Shown here: one piece after another, positions 16,003 to 23,473 of the stretch
Layout: each line of letters begins with the position of its first letter
Position numbering within the stretch: position 1 is the first letter of the stretch
From: an uncultured Chloroflexia bacterium
Lineage (GTDB): Bacteria > Chloroflexota > Ktedonobacteria > Ktedonobacterales > JADMIN01
Assembly (NCBI GenBank): GCA_963718915.1
Contig: CAVRAI010000004.1
Location: 750,001-782,000 of the forward strand
Length of the DNA stretch: 32,000 bases
Reading direction: 5' to 3'
The notes under the pieces: model-generated
The model's database searches: none
What the model saw: the letters and a program-made list of their open reading frames with translations, nothing else
What the model was told of the DNA's origin: nothing
Translations under genes and position numbers: made by a program

Positions 16003-16836
16003 TCATTCGCCAATGGTGACTTCATTGTGGACCGCGAGGACGCCAGGAACGTGCCAGACATCCTGCTCGGCGGAGGCGCGATGCCGTGGTGATGGCAGCA
16101 CACCCCGGAGGGTCACGTCTCCATCACGAACGAGCACACGCACCTGAGGCGTGTAAGGGGCTATTGCTGGATTGATGTTCAGGATATCCCAGATAGCAGC
16201 GGTCAGCGCCCCATCGGAGCGAAGCAGGAGGCCCGCGGCGACCTGTTCGGCGCTGGCATCCAGCATGAGCCGCGAGCTACCGCTGCCGAACGGAAATCCG
16301 CTGCTTTCGTGAGTCGATGAGACGACCCAGGCGGGCGGGAGCATAACCTGCTGGCCGCCAACCTCCACCAGCTTGAAAAGCGGATCGGATGGATTATCCA
16401 CATCGGCGAGCACGTTATTACGGATGCGCACGACGATATGCTGAGCGAGTCCAGCATCGGTGTCGAGAGCGAAGCCTTCCAGCCTTCCCGCGTAGCCATC
16501 GTGGCAATAGACTCGGATACCTCCGCGAAGTTCCACACTCTCAGGCGTCGGCGTTGGCGGTTGATCCGTGTTCAGTGGGATGGTGCGTACCTGCCGTTGC
16601 CAGGGGGCATCGCTGGATCGGATACGCAGCCATAGCTCACCTGATGGGGGTCGCAGTAAGGCGGCAACGACACGCCCCGTCGGCCCACCAGGGCCTCCCC
16701 GATAGCGGGCAGGAACCGAGGGTACGTTCTCGCCGCGAATCTTCTGTCCGAAGCGGAAGATTTCGCGTACCGTACCGATTTCGCCATTCACATCACCGAA
16801 ATCGAAAGCGCCCTCGCCTGTTCCACGAATCGCCAC
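16003..16836 (-). CDS. Hypothetical protein with a C-terminal BON domain and a possible PRC-barrel-like segment
   Basis: The C-terminus VRVLVRDGDVTLRGVLPSPRHRASAEQDVWHVPGVLAVHNEVTI fits a BON domain. The central IRVYCHDGYAGRLEGFALDTDAGLAQHIVVRI looks PRC-barrel-like (tentative). I prefer the GTG at 16836, which lies 5 nt after GGAGG, over the ORF-track start at 16848. Confidence 0.6.
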   Translation of the reverse strand: MAIRGTGEGAFDFGDVNGEIGTVREIFRFGQKIRGENVPSVPARYRGGPGGPTGRVVAALLRPPSGELWLRIRSSDAPWQRQVRTIPLNTDQPPTPTPESVELRGGIRVYCHDGYAGRLEGFALDTDAGLAQHIVVRIRNNVLADVDNPSDPLFKLVEVGGQQVMLPPAWVVSSTHESSGFPFGSGSSRLMLDASAEQVAAGLLLRSDGALTAAIWDILNINPAIAPYTPQVRVLVRDGDVTLRGVLPSPRHRASAEQDVWHVPGVLAVHNEVTIGE

Positions 16837-17157
16837 GCCGACCTCCACTGCCTGATCTCAAGAGCTCGCCGCCTGTTTCCAGCGACATGAACCGTCCTGC
16901 ACACAGTCATTCCACCATATCATAATGAAGCACGTGCCGGGCTGCAAGGCCCGTACGTCATAACGGTTGAGGACAAGCAGACGCCACACGGCGTACGAAT
17001 CTCCGTAAATGGCAGACGTTCGCGTGAGCAGTTGTAGCGTAACTGGCGAAGCAGGAGTACAATAGCTGTGATGCCCATATGGAAAACCATGCACGCGAGT
17101 CGAGAGGCAGTGTGCCGTAGCCACTGGTCTCACGCCTCTGTATTTCAGGAGGAAACT

Positions 17158-17469
17158 GTGTCTACAGACGTTATACTCAGCATCATTGGTGTGGTACTTG
17201 CGCTCCCCGGCGGGCTGTTCGTCGCTGGGTTGTCGAGCATGGCGCGGGCGAAATGGGCGGCGCTCTTTGGAGGACTTGTCGGCGGGGTTGTGGTTGCAGG
17301 GGCGATACTCTTCTGGGTAAATGCGGCCAATATCGGCATCGATGGATTGTCGTACTTCTTTGGCGTCTTCTTCGCCGCGTCCATTGGTGTCATGTTGGGA
17401 GCGTTAGTGGTCAATTTCCTCGTGGGTCTGGCGAGCCGAAATAGCAACGAGTCAGCGATCGAGCGCTAG
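17158..17469 (+). CDS. Small Gly/Ala/Val-rich membrane protein (about 3 TM), hypothetical
   Basis: GTG start 5 nt after AGGAGG (17148-17153). The product VSTDVILSIIGVVLALPGGLFVAGL... is strongly hydrophobic. The upstream part of ORF 17068.. looks non-coding. Confidence 0.55.
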   Translation: MSTDVILSIIGVVLALPGGLFVAGLSSMARAKWAALFGGLVGGVVVAGAILFWVNAANIGIDGLSYFFGVFFAASIGVMLGALVVNFLVGLASRNSNESAIER

Positions 17470-17508
17470 CCATCTCGGCTGCCGTCACCAGCGAATGGCA
17501 ATTAGAAA

Positions 17509-17544
17509 GCCCCTGATGCCAGTTATGGCCAGGGGTCTTTTATT
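17509..17544. terminator. Putative bidirectional rho-independent terminator between convergent genes
   Basis: The stem is GCCCCTG / CAGGGGT, with an inner GCC/GGC pair and a short loop, followed by TCTTTTATT on the + strand. The reverse strand gives the same stem followed by CTTTCTAATT. Confidence 0.55.
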
Positions 17545-17568
17545 GGCGATTATGCAGCCGGTGAGGTG

Positions 17569-18795
17569 TCAGCTCACTTGAGCGCTCTCTATATCCGCCG
17601 ACGGACCCAGCTGGAGACCGAGAATGCCTCCCAGGTTCTGAAGCGCCTGCAATTCTGCTGCGGTTGTTCCACTTACCAACTCGTCGAGGATACGGAGCGC
17701 GGCGGGAGTATCCAGATCGTGGCGGAGGGCATCGGAGAACCGCTGGCGTACTGAGTTCGTCGCGCTATCGTCGTCGCTTGTGGCATGCGCGCTGCTCTCC
17801 AAACGGGACACGGCATCGGCGTAACGCGCGGCGCGTGCGGCGCTCTGGCGCATATCAGCGTCGGTGTACTGCCATGGCTCGCGGTAGTGGTGCGAAAGCA
17901 GCAGCACCCGTACAGCGCCAGGCGTGTATGTTTCGAGTAGATTCCGCACCAGCACCAGGTTGCCGAGCGATTTGCTCATCTTCTCTTCGCCTAGATAGAC
18001 CATGCCGCAGTGCATCCATATCTGCACGAAAGGCCGCTCACCACTTGCGTTCTCACTTTGAGCAATCTCGCAGGTATGGTGCGGAAAGATCAGATCGGCG
18101 CCGCCGCCATGGATATCAATTCGGTTGCCGAGATGGCCCATCGCCATCGCGCTGCATTCGATATGCCATCCCGGTCGCCCCATTCCCCACGGACTCTCCC
18201 ATGATGGCTCGCCCTCCTGATGCGCCTGCCATAGCACAAAGTCCAGTGGGTCATTCTTGCGTGGATCGTCCGGCGTATTACCGCGCTCATTCGCCGTTGT
18301 CAGCCATGTGGCGTAGCCATTGTAACCGCCAGCCTCAGCCAGCGCGCCAAAGGTCGGATCACTGGCGACGGAGAAATACACCCAGCCATCGCGCACGTAG
18401 GCATTGCCGTGCTCAATGAGCTTCTCGATCACGTGAACCATGCACGGGATTTCGTTCGTCGCCCAGACATAGTGTGTGGGTGGCAAGATGTTCAGAGCGC
18501 GCAGGTCGGCCAGATAGCGCATGGTTTCGCGGCGGCCCAGCTCGTCCCACGATGTATTTTGTTCGCGCGCCTTGCGGATGATATCGTCATCGATGTCTGT
18601 AACGTTCTGCACATAATTGACTTCCTGCCCCTCCGAGCGAAGGAATCGAATCAGGGTATCGTAATAGACGTTGATGGCGGCGTGTCCAAGATGTGTCGTG
18701 TCATACGGCGTGACACCGCAGACATAGAGAGTGACCTCGTTGCCATGCGGATGAAGCGGTTCAATGCGCTGGGTGAGGGTATTGAAGAGTTCCAT
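17569..18795 (-). CDS. Class I cysteine ligase of the CysRS family, short form (408 aa) resembling MshC; either cysteine--tRNA ligase or a cysteine:aminosugar ligase
   Basis: Motifs: YVCGVTPYDTTHLGHAA (HIGH-type), YVQNVTDIDD, PGWHIECSAM, HGGGADLIFPHHTCEIAQSE, KMSKSLGNLVLV, DDLDTPAAL. It ends about 50 aa after the DDLDTP motif, so the C-terminal anticodon-binding extension of canonical CysRS is missing. Confidence 0.8.
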   Translation of the reverse strand: MELFNTLTQRIEPLHPHGNEVTLYVCGVTPYDTTHLGHAAINVYYDTLIRFLRSEGQEVNYVQNVTDIDDDIIRKAREQNTSWDELGRRETMRYLADLRALNILPPTHYVWATNEIPCMVHVIEKLIEHGNAYVRDGWVYFSVASDPTFGALAEAGGYNGYATWLTTANERGNTPDDPRKNDPLDFVLWQAHQEGEPSWESPWGMGRPGWHIECSAMAMGHLGNRIDIHGGGADLIFPHHTCEIAQSENASGERPFVQIWMHCGMVYLGEEKMSKSLGNLVLVRNLLETYTPGAVRVLLLSHHYREPWQYTDADMRQSAARAARYADAVSRLESSAHATSDDDSATNSVRQRFSDALRHDLDTPAALRILDELVSGTTAAELQALQNLGGILGLQLGPSADIESAQVS

Positions 18796-18802
18796 GTAGC
18801 GC

Positions 18803-19594
18803 TCAGACTCCCGTCTCTGGTGTCAGTTCAGGCAGGCGAAATAGTGCTGATGCGTTGCGCGTGGTGAGGGTGGCGATCTCCTCATCAGAGACGCCACGCA
18901 CCAGGGCAAGTGTGCGAGCGACCAGTGCAACATGTTGTGGCTCATTACGCTTGCCGCGCAGCGGTTGTGGCGAGAGATACGGGCTATCAGTCTCGACCAG
19001 GATTCGGTTCGCGGGCGCCCATGCGGCGACATCGCGCAGCCCTTCGTTGGGCGGATACGTCAGTGGCCCAGCAAACGAGAGATAGAATCCCAGATCAAGC
19101 GCGTCGGTCGCCATGGCGCGGTCGCCTATGAAGCAATGGAAGACGCCACGCAATCCAGTCGCATGCGCGCGTAGCAATGAAACCATTTCCTCATGTGATT
19201 CTCGGTTGTGCAGAATCACTGGCAAATCCAGTTCTCGCGCAAGCTCGAGTTGCGCTACCAGCGCATCGCGTTGAACGTCTCGCGGCGAGAGGTTGCGGTA
19301 AAAGTCCAGCCCGATTTCGCCGATGGCGACGACACCAGGTCGTTGCGCCAGAGTCCGCTGCTCGGCAAGCGCATCGGATGTCAGGGTGCTTGCGTCGTGG
19401 GGATGTGTGCCAACGCCTGCGAAAATACGCCCGGCATGTTGCTGGGCAAGGTCAATCGCGGCCTTGCTGGTTTCGACGTCGATGCCGGGAACAACCAACC
19501 GTCCTATGCCACTGGCGAAAGCGGTGGCTATCACGTTCTCGCGGTCAGCGGCAAACTGCCGCATCTGCACATGACAATGGGTATCTATCAGCAC
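18803..19594 (-). CDS. TatD-family metal-dependent hydrolase/DNase
   Basis: Motifs: LIDTHCHV, GTHPHDA, VVAIGEIGLDFY, LPVILHNRESHEE, GVFHCF, ETDSPYL. I prefer the GTG at 19594 (AAGGG 9 nt upstream), which gives about 263 aa. The ORF-track start (GTG 19672) coincides with the predicted transcription start. Confidence 0.85.
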   Translation of the reverse strand: MLIDTHCHVQMRQFAADRENVIATAFASGIGRLVVPGIDVETSKAAIDLAQQHAGRIFAGVGTHPHDASTLTSDALAEQRTLAQRPGVVAIGEIGLDFYRNLSPRDVQRDALVAQLELARELDLPVILHNRESHEEMVSLLRAHATGLRGVFHCFIGDRAMATDALDLGFYLSFAGPLTYPPNEGLRDVAAWAPANRILVETDSPYLSPQPLRGKRNEPQHVALVARTLALVRGVSDEEIATLTTRNASALFRLPELTPETGV

Positions 19595-19676
19595 AAGCAG
19601 TGGCCCTTGTCTACACTCTTCAAGTCTATTCCGCGTGATCCTGTAAAGTCGTCTGAGCCGCGTAGCGGCCACACAA

Positions 19677-19706
19677 AGTATAGGAGTCGCGTATTCTGCA
19701 TGTCAA
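19677..19706 (-). promoter_or_regulatory. Strong sigma70-type promoter on the minus strand: TTGACA (19706-19701), 18 nt spacer, TATACT (19682-19677)
   Basis: Read directly from the reverse complement. It lies in the 72-nt gap between rsmI and the TatD gene. It would drive TatD and the MshC-like gene. Confidence 0.55.
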
Positions 19707-19744
19707 ATACTGTGAAATCTGAAGTAATGGCATAATGGCGCACA

Positions 19745-20626
19745 TCAGCCAGGTTGCGCGAGGCCGAGCGCCAGACGATATGTCTCGCGCCGTGGCAAGC
19801 CCAGTTCCCGTGCCACAATCCCTGCCGCGTCGCGGGTACCGCTTCCCGCGGCAAGTAGCTCTCGCAGCCGGTCGCGCGCGCGGATCGCCAGCGCCTCAGG
19901 TTCTTCCTCGGTCTGTAATTGGGACGCATGGGAGGCCCCCGCAATTACCAGAGTGTACTCTCCGCGCGGCTCATCCTGGCCATGGTAGCGGGTTTGGAGC
20001 GCAGAGAGCGTGCCGCGCAGCCATTGCTCGTGAACCTTGGTCAACTCGCGGGCGAGGCAGGCTTCACGATCACCCAGCACAGCGAGTAGATCATCCAGAC
20101 TGACGCGCAGCCGGTGGGGCGCTTCGTAGATAATCAGCGTGCGCGGTTCGTGGCTGACGCGCAGCAGGAGTGCCCTGCGCTCTTGAGACCGGCGCGGGAG
20201 GAAACCAAGAAACGTAAACTCGCTGGCTGGCAAGCCGGAGGCAATAAGCGCGGTGATGACAGCAGATGGGCCGGGTATCGGCACGACCGGATACCCGGCG
20301 GTAAGCGCAGCCTGGATCAGATCCGCGCCGGGATCTGAAATAACGGGCGTTCCGGCATCAGAGACGAGCGCGACGTCGCCCTCGGCCAGCGCAGCCAGCA
20401 CCGTGGCAATGCCCGCTGGCCCGCTATGCTCATGGTAGCTGATGGTTGGCGTGGGTATCGCGAAATGGTTGAGCAGCTTGCGCGTGTGGCGTGTATCTTC
20501 TGCGGCGATAATCTGAGCCTCACGTAAGACACGCAGGGCACGGAGAGTTATATCTTCCAGATTGCCCAGAGGCGTTGCGACCAGATAGAGCGTGCCCACA
20601 GTGAACGCTTCCCTTAGCTCGGCCAC
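19745..20626 (-). CDS. rsmI: 16S rRNA (cytidine1402-2'-O)-methyltransferase
   Basis: GTLYLVATPLGNLEDITLRALRVLREAQIIAAEDTRHTRKLL... followed by ...SDAGTPVISDPG... is the typical RsmI (tetrapyrrole methylase fold) pattern. 293 aa. Confidence 0.9.
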   Translation of the reverse strand: MAELREAFTVGTLYLVATPLGNLEDITLRALRVLREAQIIAAEDTRHTRKLLNHFAIPTPTISYHEHSGPAGIATVLAALAEGDVALVSDAGTPVISDPGADLIQAALTAGYPVVPIPGPSAVITALIASGLPASEFTFLGFLPRRSQERRALLLRVSHEPRTLIIYEAPHRLRVSLDDLLAVLGDREACLARELTKVHEQWLRGTLSALQTRYHGQDEPRGEYTLVIAGASHASQLQTEEEPEALAIRARDRLRELLAAGSGTRDAAGIVARELGLPRRETYRLALGLAQPG

Positions 20627-21072
20627 AGATCAGTATCGAGCAAAATAGTGAATGGACCGTCGTTCACCAGCTCAACCTGCATATCGGCGCCGAAACGCCC
20701 TCCTTGCACCGGCACACCGAGCGCGCGCAGTGCCTTCATTATGCGCTCGACCAGTGGCTCGGCGACATCAGGGGAGGCGGCAGTCGTAAAGCCAGGCCGT
20801 CTGCCGCGCCGTAAATCGGCGAACAAGGTGAATTGTGAGACGACGAGCGCTCCGCCGCCAATATCCACGAGCGAGCGATTGGTCTTTCCATCGTCGTCGG
20901 CGAAGATACGAAGTCCCGCGATTTTGTCTGCAAGCAGTATCGCCTGCGCTTCGGTATCGCCTGGGCCGACGCCAACCAGTACGACCAGCCCCGGTAGCGG
21001 ATCGAGTACCCCGATCGTTTCCCCATCGACGATGACACGTCCGCGTGTTGCCCGCTGTACGACGGCGCGCAT
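20614..21072 (-). CDS. dtd: D-aminoacyl-tRNA deacylase
   Basis: From the internal ATG at 21072 the ORF reads MRAVVQRATRGRVIVDGETIG...GLVVLVGVGPGD...KIAGLRIF...SLVDIGGGALVVSQFTL...GRRPGF, about 152 aa, the usual Dtd length. The ORF-track N-terminal extension overlaps the upstream gene. Its 3' end overlaps the rsmI start by 13 nt. Confidence 0.9.
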   Translation of the reverse strand: MRAVVQRATRGRVIVDGETIGVLDPLPGLVVLVGVGPGDTEAQAILLADKIAGLRIFADDDGKTNRSLVDIGGGALVVSQFTLFADLRRGRRPGFTTAASPDVAEPLVERIMKALRALGVPVQGGRFGADMQVELVNDGPFTILLDTDLWPS

Positions 21073-21076
21073 CGGG

Positions 21077-21439
21077 TCAGTGGTCCGTCGATGAACCGCT
21101 GGCTGGCGCAGTCTCAGCCTTGGCGGATGAGCCAGATTCAGATGAGCCAGATTCAGTAGTGGCCCCTGTCCCGGATGCCGCCTTCTCGGCGTCGTTCGAG
21201 GTGGCTGCGCTGGCGTGGCCGTTCTCCTCGGCTGATGGGGCGACATTTGCGGCGGATGACGAGCCCCGGCTATCAGTCTTATAAAAGCCCGAGCCTTTGA
21301 AGACGATCCCTGCGGGGAATAGCACGCGATGGATTTGACCCGAACAATTGGGGCAGGTGGTCAGGGGCGCATCAGCAAAATGCTGGAAGATGTCAAAGCG
21401 ATGACCACACGATCCGCAAAGATACTGGTAAGTGGGCAT
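21077..21439 (-). CDS. FmdB-family zinc-ribbon protein with a Ser/Gly/Ala-rich low-complexity tail
   Basis: MPTYQYLCGSCGHRFDIFQHFADAPLTTCPNCSGQIHRVL...GSGFY is the CxxC...CxxC FmdB-type zinc ribbon. AAGGAG lies 11 nt upstream of the ATG at 21439. The stop is 4 nt before the dtd start. Confidence 0.8.
   Translation of the reverse strand: MPTYQYLCGSCGHRFDIFQHFADAPLTTCPNCSGQIHRVLFPAGIVFKGSGFYKTDSRGSSSAANVAPSAEENGHASAATSNDAEKAASGTGATTESGSSESGSSAKAETAPASGSSTDH
21126..21155. repeat. Perfect 2 x 15-bp tandem duplication (GATGAGCCAGATTCA)
   Basis: Read directly from the sequence. It is in frame within the zinc-ribbon protein tail and encodes the duplicated ESGSS peptide. Confidence 0.9.
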
Positions 21440-21502
21440 ATCAGCGCGCACTCCTTGGATTCGATACGAAAGTTAGAACTCGACCAGATACTCATCGGAA
21501 AG

Positions 21503-21525
21503 AGGCATGATCCTGCATCATGCCT
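21503..21525 (-). promoter_or_regulatory. Perfect 9-bp inverted repeat AGGCATGAT-N5-ATCATGCCT in the predicted 5' leader of the zinc-ribbon/dtd/rsmI operon
   Basis: Read directly from the sequence. It lies between the putative minus-strand -10 (21543-21548) and the start codon at 21439. It could be an RNA hairpin or a dimeric-regulator operator. Confidence 0.4.
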
Positions 21526-21542
21526 GATACTTCCCACAACAT

Positions 21543-21552
21543 AGTATAGCAC
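21543..21552 (-). promoter_or_regulatory. Putative extended -10 promoter element (minus strand GTGCTATACT)
   Basis: The reverse complement of 21543-21552 reads GTGCTATACT. It lies about 100 nt upstream of the zinc-ribbon gene start. Confidence 0.35.
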
Positions 21553-21651
21553 GCCGCCGATGTTGTTACGTCACCTTTCAAACGATCACGCTATCAACAG
21601 CAAATGGCCAATAGTTCTTTTATCGTGTCAACGGGCTGACGGTGTTGGCGC

Positions 21652-21681
21652 TTGCTACATCCCGGTTGTGTAGCGGATAAT
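21652..21681 (+). promoter_or_regulatory. Putative sigma70-type promoter for guaA: TTGCTA (21652-21657), 18 nt spacer, GATAAT (21676-21681)
   Basis: Read directly from the sequence, in the divergent intergenic region about 95 nt upstream of the ATG at 21775. Confidence 0.4.
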
Positions 21682-21774
21682 AGACTATGAGCATACTATT
21701 GCTTTGGCGTAGCGACACTCATGCGATACTGTGCTGCGCCGGAGTCTAGACAGAACAGATGGAGCCTGCCTGCC

Positions 21775-23424
21775 ATGTCTTCCGGTCTTCAGCAGCCCAC
21801 ATCCCAGCCGACTTCCGCCAGTGGCGATCAACCAGCCCGTGAGATGATTGCTATTCTCGATTTCGGTTCGCAGTATAGCCGTCTGATCGCCCGCCGCGTT
21901 CGCGAGTGCCGGGTCTATTGCGAGTTGCTGCCCGCGGCTACGACCCTGGCAGACCTCCAGAGGCTTGGCGCTAAAGGAGTAATACTCTCCGGCGGGCCAG
22001 ATAGCGTCTACGATGAAAATGCCCGTCATGTTGACCAGAACATTCTCGGCAGTGGATTGCCAGTGCTGGGTATTTGTTACGGCATGCAACTGCTGGCCCA
22101 CCAGCTCGGCGGGAAGGTCGAGCCGCATACCGGGCGGCGGGAATACGGCCCAGCGGAGATACATCTGCTCCCACAAGAGAGCGGTGCGCCACTGGGTGTC
22201 GGAGCGCTCTTTACGGGTGTCCTGACGGACGAGCAAACAAGTATCCCTGTCTGGATGAGTCATGGTGACAGTGTGGGAGAGGTTCCACCCGGCTTCGCGC
22301 CGGTCGCGCGGTCGACATCGGGAACGCTGGCGGCGATGGCTGATGGCGGCGGACACATTGGTATCCAGTTTCATCCCGAGGTGCGTCATACGCCGCAGGG
22401 TGGTGAGTTGCTCCAAAACTTCCTGTTCAATGTCTGCGGCTGTTCCCCGAACTGGACACCTGGCGCCTTCATCGATGAGGCGGTTGGGCGCATCCGCGAG
22501 CAGGTGGGCGACGATGGGAGGGTCATCTGCGGGCTGTCAGGCGGCGTAGATTCGGCAGTGGCGGCGCTATTGGTTCATCGCGCGATTGGTGACCGGTTGA
22601 CCTGCATTTTTGTGGATACCGGTTGTATGCGTGCGGGTGAGGCAGAGCAGGTAGTCTCGACCTTTCAGACGTATCTGGGTATCCCGTTGGTGGCTGTAGA
22701 CGCGAGCGCGCGGTTCCTTACGCGGCTGGCAGGCGTGACCGACCCGGAACAGAAGCGCAAGATCATTGGTGAAGAGTTCGTCCGTGTCTTCGAGGCGGAA
22801 CAACAGCGGCTCCGTGAGGCAGGCGACTATCGTTTTCTTGCGCAGGGGACGCTCTATCCCGACGTGATCGAAAGTACAAGCGCCGCCGATGCCGCCGCCG
22901 CCCAGCGGATCAAGACACACCACAATGTCGGCGGCTTGCCAGAGGAGATGCGGTTCTCGCTCGTCGAGCCACTGCGCTATCTCTTCAAGGACGAGGTGCG
23001 TGAGGTCGGGCGGGAGTTGGGGCTGCCAGAGGATTGGGTCTGGCGTCACCCATTCCCCGGCCCCGGCCTGGCCGTCAGGATGATTGGTGAGGTGACGTCT
23101 GAGCGATTGGATACACTACGCCACGCCGATGCGATATTCATCGAAGAGATTCGGCTGGCGGGGCTGTATCGACAGATTGGCCAGGCATTCGCTGTGCTGA
23201 CGCCAGTACAGAGTGTCGGCGTCATGGGTGATTTTCGCACCTATTCCAGCATGGTTGCCCTTCGCGCCGTCACCACCGACGATTTCATGACGGCTGATTG
23301 GGCGCGCATCCCCCACGAAGTCCTGGCGCGCGCTGCCAATCGTATCGTCAATGAGGTACCCGGCGTTAATCGGGTTGTCTATGATATTACCAGCAAACCG
23401 CCCGCGACCATCGAGTGGGAGTGA
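21775..23424 (+). CDS. guaA: GMP synthase (glutamine-hydrolysing)
   Basis: Motifs: [36 protein letters not shown] (GATase), [12 protein letters not shown] (ATP-PPase P-loop), and a C-terminal ...[13 protein letters not shown]. Start chosen at the ATG at 21775 (GGAG about 10 nt upstream); the ORF-track start is 21721. Confidence 0.93.
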   Translation: MSSGLQQPTSQPTSASGDQPAREMIAILDFGSQYSRLIARRVRECRVYCELLPAATTLADLQRLGAKGVILSGGPDSVYDENARHVDQNILGSGLPVLGICYGMQLLAHQLGGKVEPHTGRREYGPAEIHLLPQESGAPLGVGALFTGVLTDEQTSIPVWMSHGDSVGEVPPGFAPVARSTSGTLAAMADGGGHIGIQFHPEVRHTPQGGELLQNFLFNVCGCSPNWTPGAFIDEAVGRIREQVGDDGRVICGLSGGVDSAVAALLVHRAIGDRLTCIFVDTGCMRAGEAEQVVSTFQTYLGIPLVAVDASARFLTRLAGVTDPEQKRKIIGEEFVRVFEAEQQRLREAGDYRFLAQGTLYPDVIESTSAADAAAAQRIKTHHNVGGLPEEMRFSLVEPLRYLFKDEVREVGRELGLPEDWVWRHPFPGPGLAVRMIGEVTSERLDTLRHADAIFIEEIRLAGLYRQIGQAFAVLTPVQSVGVMGDFRTYSSMVALRAVTTDDFMTADWARIPHEVLARAANRIVNEVPGVNRVVYDITSKPPATIEWE

Positions 23425-23473
23425 TGGCGGCAGATCATTCGCGCGATTCTCGATGTTTTATAGAAAGGCCCGC

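Noticed and set aside
17664-18419. 251-aa ORF on the + strand
   Set aside because: It is antisense to the CysRS-family gene and is a highly Arg-rich shadow ORF.
21073-21246. 58-aa N-terminal extension of the dtd ORF
   Set aside because: It overlaps the zinc-ribbon gene tail in another frame and is Pro/Arg-rich. Dtd homology begins exactly at the internal Met (MRAVVQR), giving the canonical ~150-aa length.
21682-21774. Possible purine riboswitch in the guaA leader
   Set aside because: I could not find the conserved purine-riboswitch core (the U-rich junctions and paired loop motifs), only short unrelated hairpins such as GCTACA...TGTAGC at 21653-21674. A covariance-model scan (Rfam) would be needed to be sure.
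21685-22416. 243-aa ORF on the - strand
   Set aside because: It is antisense to guaA and crosses the guaA promoter region, with no motif and no SD.
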